64,000 bases of DNA from Octopus sinensis (Eukaryota): NCBI RefSeq assembly GCF_006345805.1, contig NC_042997.1, positions 65,658,001 through 65,722,000 of the forward strand, given 5' to 3'. Shown here one piece after another: positions 23,421 to 37,890 of the stretch. The notes below the pieces were generated by a model that ran no database searches, was not told the origin of the DNA, and was given only the letters and a program-made list of their open reading frames with translations. The stretch's first letter is position 1. Every line of letters starts with the position of its first letter. The position numbers were made by a program, and so were the translations under genes.

Positions 23421-24994
23421 CGAAGCGTGGAAATTATCTGAAACCCTTCCCCAACTCTCTTTGAAAAAGGTTTCTTCGGCACAAATTCCACTATAGAGGT
23501 ACTCTACACCATCTGAAAGGTATTTGTACAATATGCTGTTAACTTCTGACAAGTCTGGGCTAGAATATCACACGTTCATACCCTCCTGATCGTGCTGCTG
23601 ACCCGTGTAATCAAATGTGAACTTTTGGAGTGGACTGAAGTAGATGGCATTCTGCATCTTCAGGATATGACCGATTCAGGTCCTTGTAATGCCTTTGACT
23701 GGTGCATACCAACAACCTTTCCTTCCAGTGTCTCCTATATTCCAATCTCAGATGCACTCCTTTCATTTTTATATCATCGAAATATTGGTTTCAAATTTTG
23801 GCACAAGGCCAGTGATTTGGGCGAGAGATAAGTCAATTACATCGACTCCATTGCTCTAAAAGGCGTAATTCGAAATCAGAACGTAAAGACGGGTGATATC
23901 AGTGAAAATATTGGTGGCATCACAGACACATGATTTTATCTATTAAATATTAATTTGACCTTCGTTGGTCAGGTGAATCGCAATTCATCGTCCTTTTCGT
24001 CTTCGTTTCATTATTTTTAATGAAGGTGTCAGTATTGTTGAGGAGGTTACTCCTTCTCACCCATTTTTTCTGTGGCTCACTTTTCGTATTGTTGTGGGGT
24101 TTTTTTTCTTTTTTAACAACCTGTTTGGTAGCCTTTGTTCTACCAGTTTTTCAGGTATTAAAAGTCACACAAAGTGCTTTAGACTTCCTACACAACCCTC
24201 TTGTTCTCAGCACCTGAGGACGTATGTAAGGATTGGAAATCTTCATGTGTGCATATAGATTTCAATATTGTATATGCAGTTAAGTTTCACTTTGTTGTTC
24301 TTGTCATATTTCTAGGAATACAGGATTCATATTTTTCAAATATTTTTATAACAAAAGTTTTGTATACACTTGTGTGTTTTGTTACTTTTCTTAACTTACT
24401 CCAGTTCAGCTTTGAACAAAAAGACATATGATCAAAATTTGTCCATGTTATAATCATCTTCTTTTTATCTGCATCATGATTGCATTGCCTAATATGTTTT
24501 TATTTTCTAAAAAGCAATAAGGTATAAGATGACGAAAATAACAGATCGAGTGACAAATAAAATGTTACTCATTGGCTAGCAAATTTTGCTGGTGCTGATG
24601 TATTTGTTCTTGTCGTTGATATATTTGTTGTTATTATTGCTATTAAAATGTTGGTACAAATAGCAAGCGGCACTTTTAACATATCAATGTGAAAGAATGA
24701 GCTGAAGTTTAGATAATGATTAGAATTACAGTGCTAATCATACTAAGTTAATATATCTAATCACATAAGAGACTGTCTCCGATAACTTTACCAGCCAACA
24801 GCTAATTGGATTTCTTTTCACCATGGTTTATAAAGTTTAGACATGTGTGTGTGTATGCACACACACACACACACACACACATAGATACATACAAGTATAT
24901 ATATATGCCTCGTGATTATGTTTGAGGTATTTCTCAACATATGAAACTATTAGTAGCACATGATAATATGTAGTGTCTTGTAATTAATATATAT

Positions 24995-25065
<71 letters not shown>

Positions 25066-25899
25066 TACATACACACACAGGTTCAAAATTATTTCAAGAA
25101 TTTTCAAATATTTATGTTAACTACAATCTAATCGTCGCCAAAGGCACCTATCTATTATATCTTGCGTTTCTGAATTTGGAGTAGTGCCTCTAGAAAGGCA
25201 CATGATCACCTTGATAAAGCACAAAACCGCAAATTCTAAATTTCCTGTTTTTTTTATTATTTAGGTTGCCCAGAATAAAAGGTCCTACAAGCTCAAAAAT
25301 AAAAGGTACTATTAGCTCACAGACGTTTGCTTCATTGTAGCTAACCATACTTATAAACGTGCCACGCTGAAAAGCTCATCCCCATATCGTTTAGCACTAA
25401 AGAATTATCTCGGAAAAGCATTGATTTTACAATATTTTAAAAACCAAGATATCATTATGATCTGCAAATGAACTGCCAAAGTGAGAGTATTTAAAATGGT
25501 GTTTGTCTTGTAAGCTATTAAACTCATTGATTGTCGGCGTGATATTACTCGATGAGAGTAACTTGGCGACTTATGTGATTTTGAAGTTAATGGAACCTAG
25601 ATAGTTATTAATTTTACATTAATATATCTTTTTTTTTATTTTGTATGATTAATTGGGCTGCACATGTAATTAGGAAAAAATTTATATTTTCATGTTTGAT
25701 GCTTAGATGAACATTCATCTTAATAATGTTTTTTAGTTGAGGTAAGGGCGGCTAGTGAACGTGCTGCTATGCTGATATATTTGTCTGGGGTAGAACTTTA
25801 TTTGAAAGACTAATATATGTCTGCTTTGTATCAATTTTAATTGTTCTAAATATATATTGACAGGGAAAGAGAGAGGCTAGGTAGGTAAGCAGATAGCTA

Positions 25900-26122
25900 G
25901 ATAGATACATACATACATACATACATACATACATACATACATACATACATACATACATACATACATACATACATACATACATACATACGTACATACATAC
26001 ATACATACATACATACGTACGTACATACATAAATACATACATACATACATACATACATACATACATACATACATACATACATACATACATACGTGCATAC
26101 ATACATGCATACATACATACAT
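25900..26122. repeat. (TACA)n microsatellite
   Basis: Seen directly. Confidence 0.95.
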
Positions 26123-26214
26123 AGAACACTACACGTCATTTTATCCAACACTTTAACGATAATTATCATTAAAACTATTACATGCTAATTTAATTAGCGG
26201 AAATTCTACCCTGA

Positions 26215-26504
26215 GAATTAGAAACAAGAAACAAGAATTCTTAGAATTCTTGCAGAATACAGAGAATCACTTTCTGCTGTTCTAAAATGCGGGTCTTAAT
26301 TCCAGTATCCTTCAGCTTCTTAAGTAGCAGTTTGGGTATTGTACCGACTGCACTAATTATAATAGGAGCAATTCTCACCTTTACGTTCTACAATGTTTTG
26401 ATCTCTCAAGGTAAATCCTGTTTTTTCTTACTTTTTTTTTACTTTCTTTAATATCCACCTTATTATCACATAGTATTGCTAAGCCTGTGAATTAAAGCCG
26501 TTAT

Positions 26505-26554
<50 letters not shown>

Positions 26555-28515
26555 CATCATCATCCTCATCATTATTATCATGTGATAAAATCTCGCAGTT
26601 TATTTTCCAGGTATGATGGGAAGTGTCAGTTATCTACAGCCAGCAGACTAAGGTGACACTTGTTTACTGGTCATGCTTCAAGAGTCCTGCGAAGAATTCT
26701 TGCAGTTCCAAGCAATGCTGACTTTTATAGGTGTTCTACCTTCACACTCGCACCAATCCTTCTCATCCATACTAGTAGTTGAGTGCTGATACTTCCAAGT
26801 GCACCAATCACTGTTGGTGTCACGTCTACAGTCTTCATTCATCACAACTTTCCTATTTCCCACTTCAAATCGGCGTAGCTGTTTACTTTTTCTTCTTTCA
26901 CATTGTTCATGTTGTCACCGGGGCATGCTATGTCGATTGTCATACATGTTCTTTCTTTTCTTATTCACTACAACAATATCCGTTTTCCATGTCTGGCCAG
27001 GTGATTGCACTGTATCATGACATCCCACAGGATATTGCAATTCTCATCCTCGGTGACTTGTTCTGGGGTTTTCTCATACCACGTCTTTGTTCTTTGTAGG
27101 CCGTGATTTCCACAGAGCTCCCAATGGATCATTTTTGCCAAATTGTAATGGCGTCTTTTGTATTTGCGTTGTGCCAATTTCGGGCATTCGCTAACGATGC
27201 GCCGTAACGTTTCTCCCTTCTCACCACACATTCTGAATTTGTCGCTGTCGGTAGTGTTGTTAATTCTGCATTTCACAAAGTTAGTTGTTATCGCTTGTTC
27301 TTGAGCTGCGCATATTAGTGCTGCTATCCCTATCTTCAAGTCACTCCTCATCCATAGACACCGTTTTCTGTATCTGTCTTGGCGATGACATTTCTTGCAA
27401 CCTGACCGTACCTCTTTTCCTTCTATGCTTTTTTTCTTTTTTGTCGTATTTTTATTATTATCATCTTCCTACAATTTTGTTTACATTTCTTGCCGAGTGT
27501 CTTCTCAATACCTAAGGCAAAGGAGCTTACTGCATACATTGGTCGGCCATTAAAATAAACACACCAGATTGTACATTTTCATGTGATAGAAAAAAGGGGA
27601 AGACAGACAGGGGAAAGAATGGAAAAAGAAAAACGGTTGCTTTCTCATTTTCTGTGATCTTTTCTGGCGTGTGCCTATGCCATCTTTTTTCTGTTATTCC
27701 ATAGTATTGGCTTAGCTTCCAGTGTATATAGGTCTCAACTTGGTCGTGCCTGTGAATATATCCTTCTTTGCCAGGACTGGGCAGTCAGAGACAATATGAT
27801 TTATTGTTTCTTCTCCATCTCCACATATTCTGCAGTTATTTGTAATTATTTTCATTACATGTTTCTGGTAATTTCTGGTGGGAAGTCTCAGTTGCATTCT
27901 GAGTCCAATTCTGTCGAGTTCAACTTTGCCTATCAATCTTCGGGTCGATAGAATATGCACGTTTGATTACAGGGGTCGATGTAATTGACTAGCCACATCC
28001 CACGTATAATAGAAAAAATCATTATTGATGGTTTTGACTCAGGTTCGTTCTTATTCCAGGTTGGATTTATGTGGGAAACATGTACTACCTGTAACCTTAA
28101 GTATTCTCAAGCTTTCAGCAGACTTTGAAGTGCTTAAGACCCTCTTCATAATCTTTTCTATCCTTAAGAGGCAAACTTTCTGTAAAAATTCTGCAGGACA
28201 TTCTATTTCAATCGCTTTCAACCATTTGTTTATACTTTTACTTACAGTTCCCAACGCACTAATTATTACAGGCAAAACCTTTACAATTTTTTATATTTCA
28301 AATTAGTGTAATTTCAATTTTTAAGGGATTTTTTGTTTTGTTTTGTTTTTGTTTGTCATCCTCTACATTTACAATCCTGGAATCAAACGGACTTGATGGA
28401 TCAATTAGTAAGCAACTTCGTTTTTTCTTGTCTATTATTGTTTTCGCCGGTCTGTTATTTTCTAGCTTCTTTTCCGTTTGAATAAGAGAATCCCATAAAA
28501 TTTTGAATTTTTCCG

Positions 28516-28569
<54 letters not shown>

Positions 28570-29290
28570 GTTATACTCTAAATTCCAGTCTTTTGGGTAG
28601 CATTTTAGATGTTCAGCCATGTGCTCCAATTACCACAGGAATAATTGTTGTTTTAGCCGTTCAGTCTCTAATGTTATGGCTTGGTCTTCATATTGTTCTT
28701 TTTTTTTTCAATTTCTTTAACATCTATTCTGTTATCATAGGAAAATCTACGATCATACTATGTTTATTTTGTCTCTATAATCATAACAGTTCTTCTTGCT
28801 TTTATAATAACATGGTCAGACTTTATGGGGAAGTCTCATAAGTTCCTGTAATTTTTATTTTTTATCAGACTCTGATTCGTGCTCATGACATTTTCATATC
28901 ATTTTGAATCTACATGCTCGGCTAATATCCCAATGCCCTCTCTTACCGACATAATCATGTGCTTATATTAGTTGCGCTAGCTTTCTGCATTCATTCAAAA
29001 AAATGATAGGTACTTTCGTCTCCTTTCTGCATATTCCACATTTGCTCTCTGATTGAGTTTTTTCGATCTTTACTTGCATAAAATTTGTCCGAATGGTTTG
29101 TTCCACAAGTACTATAATTAGCGCTTTGATCTTTCGTTTCAGTTTTCTGTCCGTCAGCCATACGTCAGCCATACGTCAGCCATACGTCAGCCATACGTCA
29201 GCTCTTTACGTCCAACATCATTGGTTTGTTGCATGAACTGGTCATGTAATTCCTTTTCTTTTCACCTACCCGCTCTGTTGTCCTTTTTTC
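26215..29290 (-). mobile_element. Cluster of about five R4/Dong-like (restriction-like endonuclease) LINE 3' fragments
   Basis: Minus-strand motifs AAQEQAI.TN, CRICGDGEETINHIVSDC, KRRH, ILWD..IQ, NRP, VIGALG and LLGTARILR recur in separate pieces: 26215-26505, 26580-27515, 27680-27890, 28030-28515, 28570-29290. Pieces abut (TTA)n at 26508 and 28517. Confidence 0.8.
29152..29202. repeat. 11-bp tandem repeat (CGTCAGCCATA) x4.6
   Basis: Seen directly inside the LINE fragment. Confidence 0.9.
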
Positions 29291-29819
29291 TGTTCTTGAA
29301 TTATCCTACTGTTTCAGTAGCTTTTTATGCGTCTACCTGCCGACACCCCCAAAACTCCCCCAAATTGTCCCACACCAGCACATGCACAGGAAGAACACCA
29401 AGAACAACAAAAACAACAGAACACAAAACAATCACTACAACCACCAAACTTCCTCCTGTACTTCGTACAACCAACAAGAAGAAAGCACACAGCACAACAA
29501 CAATAACATGAAAACACACAAACACAGGAAACAAAAATACACAACAAACACAACAAACGCAAAAACAGAAAACATAGTGAATTTCATCGTGATAAACAAA
29601 AACAGGAGTGAATGGACTACATTGAAAAGTATTACAAAGACGAAATAATAACAGAAAAGAAATTTGAAAACTTCATCGTCTAAACCACCTAACGGGAGCA
29701 CTAATAAAAACAAATCAAATTTACCTCACTTTCTTGCTTCAAAAGAACATAGACCATCCGCGACTTGAAATGACTCGAAGCGACGCAAGTGAGTAACCCC
29801 TCCCTTTATTTTTAATAAT

Positions 29820-30296
29820 AAATATGGTGGCACACAAATTAGGGTATAGAACGTACGTGGTCTGTGGTTAGCTTAGAAGCAAGTTTACTTGCTCAATGAC
29901 CTCAGATAAATATGGCTTAGATGTAGTAGCCGTTGTTGAAGCCAAAATTTCTGGGAATTTTATGGCTATGTGCGGGAACTGCTTATTGACATGGCAAACG
30001 TCTATCACAACTGACACAAAAACGGGAGAACTCCTAGGTCTGTTAGCCCAAGTGAAATAACTTTGCTGGGAAAGGACACCAATAAAGAGGATATTATAAA
30101 CAAATTCCGGATCATAACCTTGCTAAATGCAGAGTTTAAATTTTTGGTCAAGATGTTTGCAAAGAGGCTGGCGCTTAAGAATGGCTCGATCGGAGTAGCT
30201 CAAACATGTGCGATCCCCAATAGATCTATCTACGACCACCACCACCTCATGCGTTACATCTTAGGGGGAATGGGTAGCAAATCTGGCATCGGATAG
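29820..30296 (+). mobile_element. Internally deleted L1/Tx1-type ORF2 remnant (APE start fused to RT start)
   Basis: NVRGL...LLNDL...GLDVVAVVEAK (frameshifted), then FRIITLLNAEFKFLVKMFAKRL...QTCAIPNRSIYDHHHLMRYI. Confidence 0.7.
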
Positions 30297-30304
30297 TAGA
30301 AAGG

Positions 30305-30355
<51 letters not shown>

Positions 30356-30387
30356 GTTGTTGTTGTTGTTGTTGTTATCATCATTAC

Positions 30388-30460
<73 letters not shown>

Positions 30461-32120
30461 TTATATATAAGTGAAGGTAAAAGACGAAACGAAGATTGAT
30501 GATGTACTATAACGAGTGTTATGATATTGTTATTGTTGTCGTTGTTGTTGTTATTGGCGGCAGCGGTAGCGGTGGTGTAAATCGGTGACGTTGGTGAAAG
30601 AAACGATGAAGAGGAGATGATGGATGAGATGGACTCTGCGAGAGAGACCCTTTGAAGCTACAAATGATGGTAGTGGTGGTGGTGGTGGTGGTGGTGGTGG
30701 TCGTCGTCGTCGTCGTCGTCGTAACGTCGATGGTGATGAAGATTATATAGAAGTAGAAGCGGATAGATGGATGAATGTATGGATGGAATGGAGGAGCAGG
30801 AGAATTCGATGACGGAACTGTTGTAGTAATGATGCAGTGTTTCATATCTCTCAGTCCTTTGTTTTAGGATTTTTTTCTTCTCTCAATCAGTCAAATGAGT
30901 GCATTTCGTAGATGTCAAGATTGTTCATTTAATTATGATATAAACCAGATGACAAAACTGTTCATCGTGGTTATTGTTGCGGTTTTTTGGGGGAAGGTGG
31001 GGAGCAGAAGGTGAGAGCGGTTGTGGTGGTGGTGGTGGTGTGGTGGTGGTGGTGGTAGTCATGGTATCAATCGCAATGGTAATACAGGTAATTGTCAAAG
31101 AAGTGTAGTGATGTTGGTGGTGGTGGCAGCGGCGGCAGTGGTGGTGGTGGTGGTGGTGCCGCTGCTGCTGGTAGTAATATTGATGGTGGTGATGGTTGTG
31201 GTGGCGGTGGTGAATTTGGTGGTGATAGTTGTGGTGGTAGTATAGTGATGTTGGTGATGGTGATGGTGGTGGTGGTGGTGGTGGTGCTGCTGCTGCTGCT
31301 GTTGGTAGTAGTGTTGATGGTGGTGATGGTAAATTTGATGGTGCTGCTAGTGGTAGTGGTGTTAATGATAGTGATGATGGTAATGGTGGTGGTGGTAGCA
31401 GCTGTAGTGCTAGTATGTTGACATTGATGACAGCGGTGACGGTGATGGTGTTGGTTGTATAAGCAGTGGTTTGTTGTTGTTGTTGGTGGTGGTGATGGTG
31501 GTGGTGGTGTGGCGGCGGCTGTGGTAGTGGTAATGATGTTGGTAGTGGTTGTGGTAGTGTTGTGGCGGCGGTGGTAGTTGTAATGATGGTGGTGTTGGCA
31601 GAGGTAGTGTTGTGGCGGCGGCGGCGTCGGTAGTAATGGTGATGATTGTGGTGGTATTGGTGATGGTGATATCGAGAAGGCTGCCTCTAGTTGTGATTAA
31701 ATAACATTAAATGAATACGCAAGATAAATACATAAGATAAATAATGAGATATTCTTAACTTAAGCCTAATAAGTTTAAAAGCTGATTAGCATGCGATAGA
31801 AACGTTAAGTTTTTTGTCACAAATTACACTGTGTAAGAAAAAAAATGAAATACAGCAGCAAACAAAAAGAGCAAAGTTGATTGGCAACAAATTATTGACG
31901 CGCTAACCATTTCTGGACCATTTACTACACTGATTTTGAAAGGAACACTATTGTTATTAATGTTATTCTATTAGTAGTTGTGATTTTTTTTAATGTTTAT
32001 GATGATGACGATGGCGGCGGCGGCGGCGGTGGTGGGGCTGTTGTTGTTATGGTGGGGCGAGGGTGAAGAGGATGATGATGGTGATGGTGGTAATGGTGGT
32101 GGTGGTGGTGGTGGTAGTGG

Positions 32121-32156
<36 letters not shown>

Positions 32157-32290
32157 CAGTGACGATGATGATGGTAATGACGATAACTACGATGACGATG
32201 ATGATGATGACGACAAGGATAACGACGATAATGATGATCACGACGACAACGATGACGACGATGATGATGATGATTATAATGATGATGATT
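30305..32290. repeat. Compound trinucleotide region: (TTA)/(TTG)/(TAG), (GGT)-rich 30660-31670, (GAT)/(GAC) 31995-32290
   Basis: Seen directly; source of the poly-G/V/D ORFs. Confidence 0.9.
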
Positions 32291-32394
32291 TCAAGATTTT
32301 CCTAAGTTTTATTCCTGTCCGTGTTTGTAGTATGTCTTTTTTGAGTTGTAGCTAAACAAAAAAAAAAAGCATGAATTATTGTTACTATTCTTGT

Positions 32395-32670
32395 ACTTGG
32401 AAAAGAAGGCAACCGACTTCCCCAAGTAAATCTTCAATGGCCAATTAAGAATATAAGTGGCGAGGGAGGAACGGGGGAGACATCTGAAGTACTTCAAGAG
32501 CTATTCTAGATGTAACGCTGAAAAACCAGTAACTTCAGCGTCCGAAAACTGAGAACCTTTACGTTCATGACAGAACAACCTGGAGTTTCTACATTCGTGA
32601 AGGAGTGGATCATTCTAAATGACCCAGATGTGAACGTTGTGAGGTTAAGAGATATAGAAGAAAAGAATCA
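32395..32670 (+). mobile_element. Degenerate RTE-like LINE 3' fragment
   Basis: Frameshifted NRLP... and VHDRTTWSFYIREGV, resembling the RTE C-terminal DR..WR..I..G motif; followed by (CAT)n/(CAA)n. Confidence 0.45.
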
Positions 32671-33031
32671 TCATCATCATCATCATCAACAACAACAACA
32701 ACAACACCATCGACGCCACCACCACCATCACCGTTATCAATATCAAAACGAACAACAACAGCTACTAACTGTCAAAACCTACTCTTCATTCTCAACAGAT
32801 CTGCCCTCACTGTCAGACAATTTATGTCACTATGATTGGACTTATCAATTAAGTGTGCTCGCGTGCTAATAATCCTGATCTTGAAGACCATTATCCTCAA
32901 TTTCAAGGGATTACCGCCATATGTTTCCGAAGGCGATATGATTAAACGTGATACGTCATGATCATCTTGTTATTTTTGTCAAAATGACCACATTGTGTCT
33001 GGAACACTATTATATCGGATACGTATTATTA

Positions 33032-33088
<57 letters not shown>

Positions 33089-34597
33089 ATTATAGAATGT
33101 GATTTGATGGGCGTTTGGTAACTTATTCTGACCGGTTGTCAAGTAAGTAAAACGAAAGTTGTTAGAGTTGCCGTTTTTGTTTAACTCAATGGCAGCTCTG
33201 AAGCCGTAGACCTATGATCAAAAGCGTTCTATTCATGACCAATCAGTATAATTTATTCGGATTCATCCTCCATTAGTAAGACTATAGGGTGTGGCCTGAA
33301 GTACATTTGTTTGCACATCCTGGCAATTTGGGCTGTTAATTGCGAGAAAATTAGCTACTCTGTCAAGCAGACTACAACTCGTAAAAGTTCCAGTGTAGAA
33401 GATTACCCGGCTCTGAAATGCGTATTTCATTCAGAAACTTGTGTTCGTCATGAAACAACCTTTGATCGAAAGGCTCACGAAGATTTGACAGAGTTCTCTG
33501 TAACGGATTCACAGAACTTCACGCAAACTTGATGTAGATATTGCTTGAACTTGTCAGCAATCGTAAAAATTGAAGAATCGTTGTTTTACTGTTGGCTTCT
33601 GTGGTTCGTTCATGGTTGTGGTGGTGGTAGTGGTGGTGATGATGACGATGATGATGATGATGATGATGGTAACAGTGGTTTATATGCTGTAGTTCATAAA
33701 ATGAAATGCGCGTGAGTATATATTTCTGTAGGTCATAGAAACTTTGTCTAAGCTTTTAAAGCGACATTAACAAATATTATGGTAGCGTTTTAACACATTT
33801 AAATATTTGTTCTACTATGTAAAAACAGTAGTTGCTTTCGGTTCCTTTAGAGAATTACAAGAATTTATGTCGAAAACATAAAATATGCAGTTAGTAACAG
33901 AATTTTTATCTCGAAAGATTTTAGCCCTTCGTAATAAATTGTAATATGTTTTTTATTATTATTTGGGAAAATAAACATTTTCTTTCTCATTAAAACCAAA
34001 TAAACAGAAAAGATATGCATCCTAGACTCAAAACCATTCATATGTTTACGAGGCAAACATGATTGCTTGCTTAAGACTTTTACATTCCGACTATACCAAA
34101 CCGGGTTCAATCTATTGCGTAGCACTTAGTTGAAAATTGTCTTCGGATCAACCAAAGGAATGTGAGTAAATTTGGCATGGGAAACTGCGTGGAAGCCCAC
34201 TATATGTGTATGTATGTGTATGTATGTGTTTCAATTTTTCTGGGAATATCTATTGATGTATATATATATGTGTGTGTGTGCATATATGTGTGTGTATGTA
34301 TGTATATACACATATATATGGGTGTGGGCGTTAGTGTGTATGTATGTGTCTGCGCGTGTGTCCGTGTGTGCGTGTGTGTGAATATGTGAAGGTTACAGAA
34401 AATGGAAAGCAGATGTCAGAAAGGAGGAGGGGGAGGAGGAGAAAGAATAAGCAGAAGAAGAAGAAGAATTAAAAGAAGAACAACAACAAAGGGTAGAAGA
34501 GAGGGTGAATCGGAGACGGAAGATGGAGGACTAGAACAATGAACTGACTTCAACTCGGTTGTAGATATTTGTGTTGATTTATGCATGAGTGTGTATG

Positions 34598-34731
34598 TAT
34601 AATCTTTTCTATAAGTCAACTATTTTAAAGATTTGTACCACGACCGACAGCATCACATTTTCTACATGAGTTGTGTAACTTAAAAGACATCAATTTCTCT
34701 ATGTTATACCGAAATACAGTCAGTCACTCTC

Positions 34732-34771
<40 letters not shown>

Positions 34772-35712
34772 GCACACGCACACATACATGCAAAAAAAGA
34801 TATATGCATATGTATTTATGTATGTGTATATGAAAGATGCGTGTGTGTGTGTGAGACAGCGAGAGAGAGACACAGACCGATTGAGTGCCACTTATACAGG
34901 ACAAGACACAACTTCACTCACTCAGTCTCTCTATCTCACTCTGCTTTTCTCTTTCTCTCACACACGCACGCACGTACACACACATTCACGCACGTTCATT
35001 TCATATATACGTACATACATCTTTCACTTTCGCCTCTTTCATTTTCTGCTCTCACTTCAAAGAAAATGTCGCGGTTTCACTTTCTCATCTCTTTCAATTT
35101 CTGCTCTCTTCAAAGCATAAAGAAATTGTCAAATTTACGGACATTAACGAACACATTCGAAAACTGAGTTTCCCTGTATAGTATCAAGATATTCGGTAAT
35201 CTTTCGGCTAACAAGTAAAATTTATTTTCATTTACATATTTGCACTACAAAACTTTGACATTATAATCTTTCTATAATTCAACTCTCCTAAACGACGTTT
35301 TATACCATTTTCTATGAGTGTGTTCCTTAAAAGACATCTATTTCTCTGTATGTTATGATAGATAGACACTCACTTTTTCTCTCATATGCACACGCACACA
35401 TACATACAAAAAAAATGTACGTATATGTATTTATGTACGCGTATATGAAACATACACGTATGTGCGTGTTTGTGTGTGAGAGAGTGCCACTAACACAAAC
35501 ATACAAAAAAATACATACATGACAGCACACACCTTCACTCCCTCTCTCTCTCTCTCTCTCTCTTTCTCATGCACATACACACACACACACACAACACACA
35601 CGCCCATTTCATATACATGTGCATACGTCTTCCACTTTCTCCTCTCTTTCAATTTCTGCTGTCTTCAAAGCATGAAGAAATATAAAACTTTTTACGGAAA
35701 TTAACGAACAAT
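34598..35712 (+). repeat. Old tandem duplication (34598-35160 versus 35263-35712)
   Basis: Shared ordered anchors tataatcttt..ctataa.tcaact, aaaagacatc.atttctct, atgcacacgcacacatacat and tttcaatttctgct.tcttcaaagcat...attaacgaaca. Confidence 0.8.
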
Positions 35713-35803
35713 CATATGATCTCATGTGATTGACCATATGATAGAACTTTCCTGCTTCAAACGAAAGAATGCCATAGAATAACTCCTTTGGTGCACGCGC
35801 GTG

Positions 35804-35842
<39 letters not shown>

Positions 35843-36739
35843 TAAAACGTCTGTATGAATTATTTCTTTCTATGTCCACGCGCAAAATTACAGCTCAAAT
35901 CCAATTGAAATCATCTTTTTCTTTTCTGTAATTCGTGTTTGTGATGAGTGTCTTTAAAAACCTGACCTTCGGTATAAATTTAAGTGGAAGTTCTCCCGGA
36001 AATCCTGTCCTTTACCTTTTTTTTTTCTAGCATGTCCGAGGTGATATTGGCGCCTCCACCCCTGATATTTTTTCTAAATTTCTCCCGATTTCTATGTTTT
36101 CAATGAAGGAGATTTAGAATTCGGCGAAAAAACACGTTCTCTATATTTTCATTTTCTCCCTCCCCATCCCAATTTCTTAGTTTTTTTTTACTTTTTTCAA
36201 ATTTTTCTTAATAGTCCACTAAGAAAAAGCAGAGAGTTCGAATCTTTAAGAATTTTCTTCTTTCTTTTTTCTTAAAGAAGCACTAAAATCCCCTTCCCAA
36301 ATATCTACATATAACCTCACCACTTTCAAAAAGCTACAAACTCCCAATGTTTCACTTTTAGCTCTTTGGAAAGTGGGGAAGTTTCTTCAGATATAATGTC
36401 GTTTACCTGTTGTTTCTAGCATGTCGGACTTTCTGGGGCTGCTCTAATACTTTTTACGTCTGCTATTTCAGTATAATTCTACGCATTCTTCAAACATCAG
36501 ACGAAAGTGAAAACATAAGGTGATTTTAGCGTTTTGAAAGTGGGTAGGTGATGGGTGGGCATGGTGGGGGAAGGGGCATTGAGTGTTTCTTTAAAAAAAT
36601 TAAACCTTCAGAAAAATATATTTCCCAGATTCGTAATCTCTGTACTTTTCTACATGGATAAAAAAAATTCGTCAAAAAGTTACAAATTAAGGAGTGTTGA
36701 CGAGAGGAAACTAAAATTTTGAAAACGTGATTTATTGGC

Positions 36740-36964
36740 AAAATCGTGTTAACCCCCTTTTATACGATGAAACAATACGTAGTTTGTGATCCTTCTTAAG
36801 AACAGAAAACGCTTTCGGGAAAACCCATGCATATTGTACCCTCCCCCATTCACTTTGAAACAAACAATAACTTCCATTATACCAGTAATCCAGTTCACTA
36901 TATATCCTGCCCATAAGAAAGGAACGCATAATACAATGGCAACGCCGGGATGCATATTGCTAGT
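36740..36964 (-). mobile_element. Helitron-like non-autonomous element end
   Basis: Minus strand begins ACTAGC...CCCGGCGTTGC, similar to the start of 54620. Confidence 0.4.
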
Positions 36965-37669
36965 GTGTCTCTGTGTGTGTGTGTGTGTGTGCATGTATAC
37001 ACACAAATTTACATACATAGACACATATACTCATGTTTCTAAAAACAAATTTTCCCTAGTAATCTACCCTGCGTTTGAGCACAAAATTTCTCAGGGCTTG
37101 CAATTGATATCATAATAAGTATTATACATGCGATCACAGTTGTTAGTGACCTGAAAATCATGGACGTTGTTATTCAATTTCGTGAGGTGTAAAACTAAAC
37201 ATTTCTATTTCCATATGATCGATGTGATGGATGTTCATTAGAACACCTTCATGTCAATGTTTCCAGGGGAAAATATGACTAAGATGAATCTTCCCAGAGT
37301 TGTAGTTCTGCTAAGAAAGATTTGACAAAAATGCTTCACATGGTTGGAAGGCAGATTAAAATGAGAGGAGAAATTATGGCTGTGTGTAATTGGTCTAGGG
37401 ATTTAGATAGAATAAATATTCATTTTGTTGTTGCAGAGCAACAGAAGTTAGTGTTTTGGCAATAGAAGTTACACAGGGAGGAAACAGTGCGCCCATAAAT
37501 AAGCGGCCGTAGTTTGTTGATAGTTGGTCTTTGTAGATTTCTCTTTGTATATTTGTAGTCTTAGATGTGTATTTAAAAGCAGCATCTTGCCGCACACATC
37601 AGAAATATTCTGATATGGCTCCTGGGTATTGTAAACATTTACAAGCAGATGGATATTTCTGAGCTATAT

Positions 37670-37890
37670 AAGACGGTGAGCAGGCAGATTCGTTAGCTCA
37701 CCGGGCAGAATTCATTGCGACATTTTGTCCGTCTTTACGTTCTGAGTTCAAATTCTGCCGAGGTCGATTTTGCCTTTCATTCTTTCCGAATCGATAAAAA
37801 CAAGTACCATTTGAGCATTGGGATCGATGTAATCGACTAGCCACCGCCGCAAAATGGCTGGCCTTTTGCCAAAATTTGAAACCAATATTT
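37670..37890 (+). mobile_element. SINE family A
   Basis: Full head, body and gccaaaatttgaaacc tail. Confidence 0.85.

Noticed and set aside
23950-24560. Further degenerate LINE fragment
   Set aside because: I could not recover a convincing motif in any frame.
30624-32355. Gly-rich or Asp-rich structural protein gene
   Set aside because: All frames are trinucleotide-repeat translations with no signal peptide or splice support.
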